A stretch of DNA of 64,000 nucleotides. Origin: an uncultured virus (IMG/VR IMGVR_UViG_3300046804_005083). Lineage: Duplodnaviria; Heunggongvirae; Uroviricota; Caudoviricetes. The stretch spans positions 1 through 64,000 of IMG/VR virus record IMGVR_UViG_3300046804_005083. The stretch is one strand, 5' to 3'. Each line of letters opens with the position of its first letter. Positions within the stretch are counted from its first letter, which is position 1. This document shows, piece after piece, positions 55,604-64,000 of the stretch. Below the pieces are notes generated by a model. The model saw only the letters and a list, made by a program, of their open reading frames with translations. It was not told where the DNA came from and made no database searches. The position numbers and the translations under genes were made by a program.

Positions 55604-55852
55604 TTGGCGACTTATCCTGTTGTTAATACAAAAACTGGTGAGCAAAAAGAAGTTGTCATCAGTGTTCATGAGTGGGATCAGTGGAAAAAAGATAATCCAG
55701 ACTGGACAAGAGATTGGAGTGATCCTTCAACTTGCCCTGCTTCTGGAGAAGTTGGTGAAGTTTATGATCGTCTTAAAAAATCTCATCCAGGTTGGAACCA
55801 AATCTTACATAAAGCAAGCAAGGTTCCGGGATCAAAAGTTAAACCAGTTTAA
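55604..55852 (+). CDS. Conserved cyanophage hypothetical protein
   Basis: TTG start with GGAGG SD; ATYPV...WKKDNPDW. Confidence 0.7.
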   Translation: MATYPVVNTKTGEQKEVVISVHEWDQWKKDNPDWTRDWSDPSTCPASGEVGEVYDRLKKSHPGWNQILHKASKVPGSKVKPV

Positions 55853-55896
55853 TCCATGTTATAATATAAATAGTTTATATTATTCCAACCTGGTTT

Positions 55897-56499
55897 ATGC
55901 GTAAAAATTATACAAAACATCCAGAAATAAAAGTTGGGGATAAATTTTATTTTCTTGAAGTTATATCTCCTCCTTTTTTTGAAACATATCCAAATGGAAA
56001 AAAAAGAAAAAAACTTTTATGTAGATGTATTTGTGGAAAAGAAAAAATTTTTAGATATGATAGTTTTGTATGTAAAAATGAATTAGACAGAGCAAAAAGT
56101 TGCGGATGCAAACATGTTTATAGAAACAATCTTAATGCTCAAAAAAGAAGAAAACCTGAGAGTGTTTACAGATACATTTATGAACAATATCAATCTAGTG
56201 CTAAAACTAGAAATATAGATTTTTTATTGACAAAAGATGAATATATTGAAATTGTAAAGAAAAATTGTAATTATTGTGGAGAACCTGCACCAGTTAAACA
56301 ACCAAATAGAGGAAAGGAAAAATACGTAGGAGTTCCTGTTACATATAATGGAATTGATAGGATAGATAGTAATAGAGGATACGAAAAAGAAAATTGTGTA
56401 TCTTGTTGCACTAAATGTAATTATATGAAAAGTGATATGGATGTATCTTTATTTACTGAACACATTTTAAAAATTGCAAACCATTTACAGAAATTTTAA
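55897..56499 (+). CDS. HNH-type homing endonuclease
   Basis: CRCICG, KSCGC, CNYCG, NGIDRIDSNRGYEKENCVSCCTKCN; late promoter hairpin at 55861-83. Confidence 0.85.
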   Translation: MRKNYTKHPEIKVGDKFYFLEVISPPFFETYPNGKKRKKLLCRCICGKEKIFRYDSFVCKNELDRAKSCGCKHVYRNNLNAQKRRKPESVYRYIYEQYQSSAKTRNIDFLLTKDEYIEIVKKNCNYCGEPAPVKQPNRGKEKYVGVPVTYNGIDRIDSNRGYEKENCVSCCTKCNYMKSDMDVSLFTEHILKIANHLQKF

Positions 56500-57254
56500 T
56501 GGCAAGAAGAAATCGGAAGGAAGATCAACCAATTGGTGTTGGAATGACTGCTAAGCAGATGAAGAGGAAAAAACCAATCAACTCAGATTTAATGAGAGAG
56601 ATTGAACCTTTAACAGAAAATCAAAAACTATTGTATTCTGCTTACGAAAAGAATCAGAATATCGTAGCATATGGATGTGCTGGTACTGGTAAAACCTTTA
56701 TCACTCTCTATAATGCACTTCAAGATGTTTTAGATGAAAGAAGTCCTTACGAAAAAATTTATATTGTAAGATCTCTTGTTGCTACCCGTGAGATTGGATT
56801 CCTTCCTGGAGATCATGAAGATAAATCCTCTCTCTATCAAATTCCGTATAAGAACATGGTTAAGTACATGTTCCAACTTCCTACAGATGCTGACTTTGAG
56901 ATGCTCTATGGAAACCTCAAAACTCAAGGAACGATTAGTTTTTGGAGTACTTCTTTTATTAGGGGAACTACTCTGGACAATGCAATCATTATCGTAGATG
57001 AATTTCAAAACCTAAACTACCATGAGTTAGATTCTATTATTACCCGTGTTGGTGAAAATAGTAAAATTATGTTCTGTGGTGATGCAACTCAGAGTGATCT
57101 GATCCGAACAAATGAAAAGAATGGAATCATTGATTTTATGAAGGTTCTTCGCATCATGCCTTCAATGGATATTATTGAATTTGGTGTTGATGATATTGTT
57201 CGTTCTGGTCTAGTTAAGGAGTATATTCTTGCAAAAATGCAAATAGGTGTATGA
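56499..57254 (+). CDS. phoH: PhoH-like ATPase
   Basis: GCAGTGKT, IGFLPG, RGTT, DEFQN, GDATQSDL, DIVRSGLV. Confidence 0.95.
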   Translation: MARRNRKEDQPIGVGMTAKQMKRKKPINSDLMREIEPLTENQKLLYSAYEKNQNIVAYGCAGTGKTFITLYNALQDVLDERSPYEKIYIVRSLVATREIGFLPGDHEDKSSLYQIPYKNMVKYMFQLPTDADFEMLYGNLKTQGTISFWSTSFIRGTTLDNAIIIVDEFQNLNYHELDSIITRVGENSKIMFCGDATQSDLIRTNEKNGIIDFMKVLRIMPSMDIIEFGVDDIVRSGLVKEYILAKMQIGV

Positions 57255-57931
57255 GTTTTATTCATCATAATTTTCTAGGTGATATTGAATTAGAAAAGAA
57301 AGAAACAAACGGCATCCGCCTTTACCATCTTCCTGATGGACAGTGGGTGCCTTCTATTACTTCTGTTACTTCATTTTATAATCGTCAAATCTTTATTGAC
57401 TGGCGAAAACGAGTAGGACTTGAAGAAGCAAATCGCATTACCAAAAGAGCAACTGCAAGAGGAACTGATTTCCACCTAATCTGCCAAGATTATCTTGAAA
57501 ACAAAGAACTTGAATGGAATGATTATCAACCTCTGACAAAGATTATGTTTCATTATGCTAAACCTTATCTTGATAAGATAAATAATATTCATGCAATTGA
57601 AAGAACTTTGTACTCTCAGTATTTTGGACTTGCTGGACGAGTTGACTGTATTGCTGAGTATGAAGGAGAACTTGCAGTTATAGACTTTAAAACTTCAGAT
57701 AAAATCAAGCCAGAAAAATGGATTGAGAATTATTTTGTTCAAGAGATGTTTTATGCATCTGCTTATTATGAGATGACTGGAAAACCAATTAAAAAACTGA
57801 TTACATTAATGGTGACTCCTGGTGGAGAAGTTAAAGTATTTGACAAAAGAAACAAAGGGGATTATATTAAACTATTAGTTCGGTATATTAAAGAATTTGT
57901 ACATCACAATATTAGGGAAAATGGAGAATGA
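57251..57931 (+). CDS. PD-(D/E)XK exonuclease
   Basis: PSITSV, RGTDFH, AGRVDCIAEY, VIDFKTS. Confidence 0.88.
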   Translation: MSFIHHNFLGDIELEKKETNGIRLYHLPDGQWVPSITSVTSFYNRQIFIDWRKRVGLEEANRITKRATARGTDFHLICQDYLENKELEWNDYQPLTKIMFHYAKPYLDKINNIHAIERTLYSQYFGLAGRVDCIAEYEGELAVIDFKTSDKIKPEKWIENYFVQEMFYASAYYEMTGKPIKKLITLMVTPGGEVKVFDKRNKGDYIKLLVRYIKEFVHHNIRENGE

Positions 57932-58178
57932 ATTAGAGAAAGCATTAGAAAATAAATTTTATTGCCCATCTAAATTCGCACAAGAAATTGAAAATCTTGT
58001 GAGGTATAACAATGACATGAATTATATTGATGCTATTGTTTATTTTTGTGAGCAGAATAATCTAGATTTAGAATCTGTTCCAAAACTAATTTCAAAGCCA
58101 CTTAAAGAAAAAATTCGTTATGAAGCAATGGAACTTAATTTTCTGAAAAAGACCTCCCGAGCAAAATTAATCTTTTAA
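57921..58178 (+). CDS. gp33: Late transcription co-activator (gp33)
   Basis: YIDAIVYFCE...KLISKPLKEKIRYEAMELNFL; gp33-gp59-gp32 synteny. Confidence 0.85.
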   Translation: MENELEKALENKFYCPSKFAQEIENLVRYNNDMNYIDAIVYFCEQNNLDLESVPKLISKPLKEKIRYEAMELNFLKKTSRAKLIF

Positions 58179-58774
58179 TGGTCCCTTTTGATTGCTATAA
58201 AACATATCTTGCATTAAAAAATCATTTCACAAAAGATAGTTACGACTATCATAAGTATTGTAAAAAAACTAGAGCAACTGTTCAATCTTTTTATAAGAGG
58301 AAAGATAGGTTTTTCTTTGAAAAAATGTCCAGACAAAGAAATGAAAAGGAAGTAGAAGATTTCTTTGTAGCAAATTTTGTTTCTTGTAATGATCCAGAAT
58401 CTTTATGGATTGGTGAAATAATTAAAGAAGGAGAAGGTAGGTATAGGAATTGGCAGAAAAAACTGCAGTCCTTATCCTACCTTTTTAAAGAAGAATCTCA
58501 GTCTCTCTTTGAAGAGAATAAGTTTGATGATGTTTTTAATTGTTCTAAAGGTCATCCCCCTCTTCTAAAAAAATTCCTTATTGGGAAAATTAGTCTAGAA
58601 ACATTGGTAATTTATGATAAAATATTCCTATTTGGGAATAAGTTTGATAAGAAACTTCAAGATCCAGTGTGGGAAACCGTAAGTCGTAGAATTAAAAAAT
58701 ATAGTCCGTTTCTAAATATTGATGTATTTCTTTATCGTAAAATTTTAAAAGAATTGATCCTGGGGGAAAAATGA
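58178..58774 (+). CDS. gp59: Helicase loader (gp59)
   Basis: YLALKNHFT..YDYHKY, FYKRKDRFFF, ISLETL. Confidence 0.9.
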   Translation: MVPFDCYKTYLALKNHFTKDSYDYHKYCKKTRATVQSFYKRKDRFFFEKMSRQRNEKEVEDFFVANFVSCNDPESLWIGEIIKEGEGRYRNWQKKLQSLSYLFKEESQSLFEENKFDDVFNCSKGHPPLLKKFLIGKISLETLVIYDKIFLFGNKFDKKLQDPVWETVSRRIKKYSPFLNIDVFLYRKILKELILGEK

Positions 58775-59115
58775 GTTTTTTTGAATCTGAAGTTGTTCGT
58801 GCTGAAATGGTAGAAATATCAGAACTTCAAGAAGAAATATATTCTAATGTATTTGAATTTCCTAGTATGTCAAAAGAGGAAAAAATTGAACATGTCAACA
58901 TATTAGAAAAACTTCTTGACAAACAAAAAGTTTTGTATACACGTTTGAGTTTATCTGATGATCCAGAAGCCCAGGAAATGAAAGAAAGAGTTATTGAATC
59001 TGCTCAATTGATGGGACTTCCTCCCAATGTTGACATGAATGTTATTTTTAACAACATGTCAAAAATGCTTGAGGTCATGAAAGAGCAGATTGACAAAACG
59101 GGTTCCGACCTGTAA
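58771..59115 (+). CDS. Conserved cyanobacterial/cyanophage protein (DUF1825-like)
   Basis: FFESEVV...RLSLSDDPEA. Confidence 0.75.
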   Translation: MSFFESEVVRAEMVEISELQEEIYSNVFEFPSMSKEEKIEHVNILEKLLDKQKVLYTRLSLSDDPEAQEMKERVIESAQLMGLPPNVDMNVIFNNMSKMLEVMKEQIDKTGSDL

Positions 59116-59162
59116 AATAAAGAGGTACACAAAGGCCAAATCCAATTTAATCCGAGGTACAC

Positions 59163-60122
59163 ATGTCTAATTTCGCAAATCTTAAAAAACAATCTTCCGT
59201 TGGTTCACTTACCGAAAAACTAGTGAAGCAAGTAGAGAAGATGAACTCCACTTCTGGTGGTTCTGATGAACGTCTCTGGAAACCAGAAATGGATAAAACT
59301 GGAGTAGGTTCAGCAGTTATTCGTTTCCTTCCTGCCCCTGATGGAGAAGAACTTCCTTGGGTCAAGATGTATTCCCATGGATTCCAAGGTCCTGGTGGTT
59401 GGTATATTGAAAACTCACTAACAACTCTTAGTCAAAAAGATCCCGTTACTGAGTACAACCGTATGCTCTGGAACAGTGGTAATCCTAAAGATCAAGACAC
59501 TGTACGTAAGCAAAAACGCAAACTCTCTTACTACAGCAATATTTACGTCGTAAAGGATCCTCTTCATCCTGAGAATGAAGGTAAGGTATTCCTCTTCAAG
59601 TATGGTAAGAAAATCTTTGATAAGATTCTGAATGCTATGCAACCTGAGTTTGATGATGAAGAACCAATCAATCCATTTGATTTCTGGAAAGGTGCTAACT
59701 TCCGTCTGAAGATTCGTAAGGTAGAAGGTTACTGGAACTATGACAAGTCAGAGTTTGATTCATCTTCACCTCTTCTAGATGATGACGATGCACTAGAAGC
59801 ACTATGGAAAAAAGAGCATTCTCTCTCTGCTCTGATTGCTCCAGATCAATTTAAAACCTACGAGGAACTTGAGAAACGTCTGAACTATGTTCTGGGAATT
59901 AATCAGACAAGTTCTCCTACTCAATCCCGTGCTGTGGTTGAACAAGAAGATGATTATGAATCATATTCTCAACCAGTAAGTCGTGAAGAAAAAGTAATGG
60001 AAGAACTAGAACAATCTTATACTCGTTCTAAGTCACCTTCACCATCACTTCCTAAAATCACACAGGATGATGAGGATGAAGATGATGCTCTCAGTTACTT
60101 CCAACGACTTGCAGAAGATTGA
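59163..60122 (+). CDS. gp32: Single-stranded DNA-binding protein (gp32)
   Basis: AVIRFLP, WYIENSLTT, YGKKIFDKI, NYDKSEF; acidic tail. Confidence 0.95.
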   Translation: MSNFANLKKQSSVGSLTEKLVKQVEKMNSTSGGSDERLWKPEMDKTGVGSAVIRFLPAPDGEELPWVKMYSHGFQGPGGWYIENSLTTLSQKDPVTEYNRMLWNSGNPKDQDTVRKQKRKLSYYSNIYVVKDPLHPENEGKVFLFKYGKKIFDKILNAMQPEFDDEEPINPFDFWKGANFRLKIRKVEGYWNYDKSEFDSSSPLLDDDDALEALWKKEHSLSALIAPDQFKTYEELEKRLNYVLGINQTSSPTQSRAVVEQEDDYESYSQPVSREEKVMEELEQSYTRSKSPSPSLPKITQDDEDEDDALSYFQRLAED

Positions 60123-60130
60123 TTAACTGA

Positions 60131-60943
60131 TTAACTGAATAACTTAATATTATCTCCTCTCTTCAGGGTTCTAGACACATACTGTTTAGAACCCTGTTTA
60201 TATGGCATAATATCACTCATATCATTTAGTACAATATTTAAGTACTGTTTCTTAAGTAAAAATATATTTCTCTTCCCCTCTTCAAGTTTTACTTCATATT
60301 CATAGTTTGTAACTGGATTAGTAAATTCAGTTGTAGGAATTACAACCTCTGTTTGAAGCCCATTGTCATAATATGAATAACCGATTACTAAGGTTGTGTT
60401 TCCATTTGCAGCAACAAACCTTCTAGTTTCTGGAAGGAAGTATGGAACTGCAACTCTTTTAACGGCATCTTTTTCTACTACATATTCTACTCTATAACCT
60501 AGTCTTACTCCTTTTGGAATTAATGTTATTCCATTAGAATCCTTTACATCATTAGTTACTTCAAAGTGATGAGGAGCATAAAAATCTGTTCCAGTATCTC
60601 CAACAGAATATAGATTTTCATAGGAACCATACTTATCTAAAACACAATTCTCAAAGGATTGCTGAGGCATAGGCCATTCACTTTGAACATTCAAAATATT
60701 ATTTGATAATAATACCAACCAATCTAGAGTCTCATCCCCATAATATTTAAATGCTACGTTATCTGGTCTTTCATCTCCAATAATATTATATTTTTCAAAG
60801 AACACAGCACTTTGAAATATTTCATCTCTAATCTTTCCTCTTTTGAAAAGATTTTTTACTGGTATGTATTCTGAAATGTTTCTTTCTTTTGGGTTCCTAT
60901 TGACATATTCAAAGTTAGGAACTTGTCTAAAGTAACTTGGCAT
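60131..60943 (-). CDS. gp53: Baseplate wedge subunit (gp53-like)
   Basis: YFRQVPNFEY, ERPDNVA..YYG, WLVLLSNNI, EWP, TNYEYE. Confidence 0.85.
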   Translation of the reverse strand: MPSYFRQVPNFEYVNRNPKERNISEYIPVKNLFKRGKIRDEIFQSAVFFEKYNIIGDERPDNVAFKYYGDETLDWLVLLSNNILNVQSEWPMPQQSFENCVLDKYGSYENLYSVGDTGTDFYAPHHFEVTNDVKDSNGITLIPKGVRLGYRVEYVVEKDAVKRVAVPYFLPETRRFVAANGNTTLVIGYSYYDNGLQTEVVIPTTEFTNPVTNYEYEVKLEEGKRNIFLLKKQYLNIVLNDMSDIMPYKQGSKQYVSRTLKRGDNIKLFS

Positions 60944-60944
60944 C

Positions 60945-62357
60945 TTAGAAACCTATTGGGTGATCTTCTTCATAATCCTTATCATATAGTGGAACAAGTT
61001 CTGAAAATGTTAAGTTTATGGTATAAGAAACCATGGTTGCTTCATCATCAATAAATGTTGAATATGTACCTAATGGAGTATAATCAACTACACAATTTTG
61101 CAATGCACACATTTTAATCAGATTAATAGATTTGTGATTATCACTCGTTCCTCCATTTATGTATTGTATTCTAAAAATATTTGGAGCACCTAAAAATATT
61201 CCATTAATTTTTGGTGCCATATTTTTTTTGAATGCTCTAATAATTTTTTTTACAATATCAGACTCGTCTTCACTTCTTGGCGAAAGTTTAAATGTAAAAT
61301 TAAATGGTCTTAATTGTGGACCTTGGAATAGTAATTCCATATTTGGATTTAAAATTCCACCAGTTGCTCTTGAAAGTAATCCTGGTGCTTGAACTGCTTG
61401 TTCAAGGAGAGCAGTAAGAAGTAAATTTTGAAATTGTCCACCATAGTTTTTTACAGTGGTTGCAATATCTTGCATTCCTTTGCCTAATGCAGATGCAAAA
61501 CCACCAGGACTAGTCATTCCCGTGGCTGAAGCTTTTACTAACATTCTTTGTAATTCATTTAATTCTCCTGGTCCCCAATTCACAACGTTTTGATCATTAA
61601 TTGGTGCTTGTATTGGAAGAATTATTGGTTTTTCTGATGAAACTTTTTCATACAAATTAGTGTCTACACTTGATCCAAATTTTTGATTTTCTCTTGCACT
61701 TTTAAAAGCATCTGGAAGTTTTTTATAATCCATGTCAGGATTTTTTTTCAATTTCCAAATTTCAAATCTTACATGATCTTGCGATTCAAGCATTTTTTCT
61801 GGATAAACAAGAACCGTTGGATCTTTTGTTACACGAAATGGTTGTTCATTTGGTGCTGTTGGTGCTGGAGTAGATCCACCTGTTGGAGAAGATTGTGAAT
61901 TTGGATCTGTTGGTGCTGGAGTAGATCCTCCTCCTGGTGTTCCTTGTTGGTTTGGATCTGTTAGTTGTCTTCTTAAATTTGAATCTGAAAAGATAGAAGT
62001 TGCTTGATCATAATTTCCATTATCGCGTTCATTTCCAGGAGGATATGTTGTGAAGGTCCAATTTCCATTCGGTTGTTGTACATATCCAGAGTGTTGAACA
62101 TAAAATTTTCCAGTAGTGGGATCTCTTCCAGCATATTGACTTCCACTTACTTGAGATGTTGTTTGCTGAGAAACTGGTGCATTTGGGTTATTAATTATTG
62201 TATATGTTTTGTTAGCAACTCTTTGTGCTTCAGTTTCATTCGTTTCATAGTATATAAAAACTGTTTTTCCGTCCTCACTAGGTACTGATTTCCAGGGTAA
62301 TTTCCTTCCTCCGTGCATAAAGGTTTGTTCTTTTAATGTCATCAAATCACCTCCCAA
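60945..62357 (-). CDS. gp48: Baseplate tail-tube cap (gp48-like)
   Basis: NPNMELLFQGPQLRPFNFTFKL, VDYTPLG, LTFSELVP. Confidence 0.82.
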   Translation of the reverse strand: MGGDLMTLKEQTFMHGGRKLPWKSVPSEDGKTVFIYYETNETEAQRVANKTYTIINNPNAPVSQQTTSQVSGSQYAGRDPTTGKFYVQHSGYVQQPNGNWTFTTYPPGNERDNGNYDQATSIFSDSNLRRQLTDPNQQGTPGGGSTPAPTDPNSQSSPTGGSTPAPTAPNEQPFRVTKDPTVLVYPEKMLESQDHVRFEIWKLKKNPDMDYKKLPDAFKSARENQKFGSSVDTNLYEKVSSEKPIILPIQAPINDQNVVNWGPGELNELQRMLVKASATGMTSPGGFASALGKGMQDIATTVKNYGGQFQNLLLTALLEQAVQAPGLLSRATGGILNPNMELLFQGPQLRPFNFTFKLSPRSEDESDIVKKIIRAFKKNMAPKINGIFLGAPNIFRIQYINGGTSDNHKSINLIKMCALQNCVVDYTPLGTYSTFIDDEATMVSYTINLTFSELVPLYDKDYEEDHPIGF

Positions 62358-62416
62358 CCAAGAGGATTAACAATCTCAATTTTTTGTAGAGTATGAGACA
62401 TTGATGAGAGTGGTTT

Positions 62417-62809
62417 TTATTTATTTAGACGGAATTTTTCATAAGGTATTGAAAGAAGTTCATCTAATTCATTATACTTGACACTATAAAGTTTTCCGGC
62501 AACTTCTGCCCAAGTATAATTCCTATATTTTCTCCAATGAAAATTTAAACCTCTAAATCCCCAATTAAACAATTTTGTACAAACAATTAAAGGGTGTTGA
62601 TCGTATTCAATATCGGGAGTTTTTGGATTATATACAAAAGTATAAAACTTATCTTGTTCGGGAAGTATGGAATCTTCTTTGAAGATTTCCATAATTAACA
62701 ACATTAAATCTTCAGCATCAGTTACTTTTTCTTTGGCAATTCTTTTTTTTAATTCTCTAACTCTTGGAGTTGTTGATTTTTCTATGTACTGACCGAAACC
62801 TTCTGCCAT
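62417..62809 (-). CDS. DNA end protector-like protein (gp2-like)
   Basis: YTFVYNPKT...YDQHPL...GFRGLNFHW. Confidence 0.7.
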   Translation of the reverse strand: MAEGFGQYIEKSTTPRVRELKKRIAKEKVTDAEDLMLLIMEIFKEDSILPEQDKFYTFVYNPKTPDIEYDQHPLIVCTKLFNWGFRGLNFHWRKYRNYTWAEVAGKLYSVKYNELDELLSIPYEKFRLNK

Positions 62810-63252
62810 TATTTGATACCTAAGTGATCTTCTGTAACCAGCATAAATTCTATCATTCTATCTTTACAAAATTCTTCTGCTGCTTTCCACTTTGCTTGAT
62901 TGACTGCATAAGTTCTGCATTCGTGCAGATAAGATTTAGTCACTCTTGATTTTTGTTTTGGTGGAACTGTTTGCTTCTTTGGTTTCACTTCAACAACATA
63001 AGTTTTAATTTGTCCTGATTGTTCTTTGACTTTAATAAGATAATCAGGAAAATATCTATGAACTCTATTATCTATAGGTGACACATAAGGAACACAAAAT
63101 TCCTCTGAAGCCCAGGAAACTATACTTGGATTATGGTCGCACCAATAACAAAATTTTCTTTCCCAACTACTTCTACAAATAATATTATTATAGTCTCCTT
63201 TGTACTTGTTAGGATGAGAAGGTTTGTAGATGCTCTTGAGACTTTCTGCCAT
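62809..63252 (-). CDS. gp4: Head completion nuclease (gp4-like)
   Basis: KYKGD, RSSWE, WASEE, HRYFPD, EVKP, NQAKW; minus-strand TATAAATA at 63283-90. Confidence 0.9.
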   Translation of the reverse strand: MAESLKSIYKPSHPNKYKGDYNNIICRSSWERKFCYWCDHNPSIVSWASEEFCVPYVSPIDNRVHRYFPDYLIKVKEQSGQIKTYVVEVKPKKQTVPPKQKSRVTKSYLHECRTYAVNQAKWKAAEEFCKDRMIEFMLVTEDHLGIK

Positions 63253-63291
63253 TATCCTGTCTACATAATATATTAGTAAAAGTATTTATAG

Positions 63292-64000
63292 ATGGCTGGT
63301 CCCTCTACAAGAACATATTCTGTAGCAGACTTAAAAGCAAGGTTAATGAGACCTGCTTTAACTTCTCATTATGTGTGCAGATTTCAACCTCCTCAAGATG
63401 TTGTAGAATGGATGGCAGCAAGATCTGATGCAGGTGCTTCTGGAGAAAACTATAATGATACTTTTATTCAAGAATTGATTGAAATTTCTTGTTCTGAAGC
63501 ATCTTTGCCAGGATCATCACTGACTACAAACGATGTGAATGATGATTATACTGGTGTAACCCAAAAGTTTGCGTATAGAAGATTATATGATTCTACTGCA
63601 GACTTTACTTTTTATGTTGATAATAATTACACGACTCTTAGTTTTTTTGAAGGTTGGTTGTCTTATATTGTAAGAGAAGACATAACCAGTGGAGTTCAAA
63701 ATGAAAATTATTTTTATCGTGTAAGATTTCCAGAATCTTATAGAACACCTTATTTGTATATTACCAAATTTGAAAAAGATCATAACAGTCTTGAATCTGG
63801 ACCATATTTGAATTATCAATTTATTGGAGCATATCCAATAAGCATTTCTTCAATGCCAGTAAATTATGATCAATCTCAATTATTAAAGTGTACTGTTTCT
63901 TTTACTTATGATAGATATGTACTTACTAAAACTCCGTTAAGTCCACTTCAAAGAGGATTTATTCAAGATAGACTTGTTCGTGAAGATAATGCAAGAGGAG
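63292..64000 (+). CDS. Baseplate tail-tube initiator / tail-tube-like protein, 3'-truncated
   Basis: Manually read open frame: CSEASLPG...FAYRRLYD...FTFYVD...AYPISI...VSFTY. Confidence 0.7.
   Translation, partial: MAGPSTRTYSVADLKARLMRPALTSHYVCRFQPPQDVVEWMAARSDAGASGENYNDTFIQELIEISCSEASLPGSSLTTNDVNDDYTGVTQKFAYRRLYDSTADFTFYVDNNYTTLSFFEGWLSYIVREDITSGVQNENYFYRVRFPESYRTPYLYITKFEKDHNSLESGPYLNYQFIGAYPISISSMPVNYDQSQLLKCTVSFTYDRYVLTKTPLSPLQRGFIQDRLVREDNARG

Noticed and set aside
57251..57931. Cas4-like nuclease suggesting a CRISPR system
   Set aside because: Ordinary T4-like PD-(D/E)XK exonuclease beside phoH; I saw no repeat-spacer array or other cas genes in the window.
61855..61930. Direct repeat in the gp48-like gene (GGSTPAPT twice)
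   Set aside because: Short in-frame linker duplication in a low-complexity region; no sign of a mobile or regulatory repeat.

Overview
This window is a 64-kb segment of a T4-like cyanomyovirus (Kyanoviridae-type cyanophage) genome, read with the standard genetic code and almost all on the + strand. It opens with the replication module: gp62, regA, hsp20, gp43, uvsX, a gp41 helicase fractured by a gp41-1-type split intein with two genes between the halves, and mazG. Next come late/virion-associated genes, primase, nrdA/nrdB and a cluster of 8 tRNAs interleaved with other structured RNAs. An ~11-kb glycan-modification island follows, then porin, pstS, hli, peroxiredoxin and a peptidase/lysozyme pair. 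After these lie psbA (with a 258-nt group I intron), talC-zwf-gnd, speD, a glutamine riboswitch, thyX, phoH, gp33/gp59/gp32 and baseplate/head-completion genes. The most interesting signals are: (i) a canonical A_AAA_AAG -1 frameshift site that would fuse a C39-like peptidase to a lysozyme lacking a good start; (ii) proteins carrying a T4 capsid-targeting-like N-terminus, including an ADP-ribosyltransferase-fold protein; (iii) the split-intein helicase locus; (iv) a tRNA-mimic and neighbouring pseudoknot-rich RNA; and (v) a riboswitch-controlled 28-aa peptide and a ROSE-like thermometer. All family assignments come from motif recognition by eye; no database searches were run.
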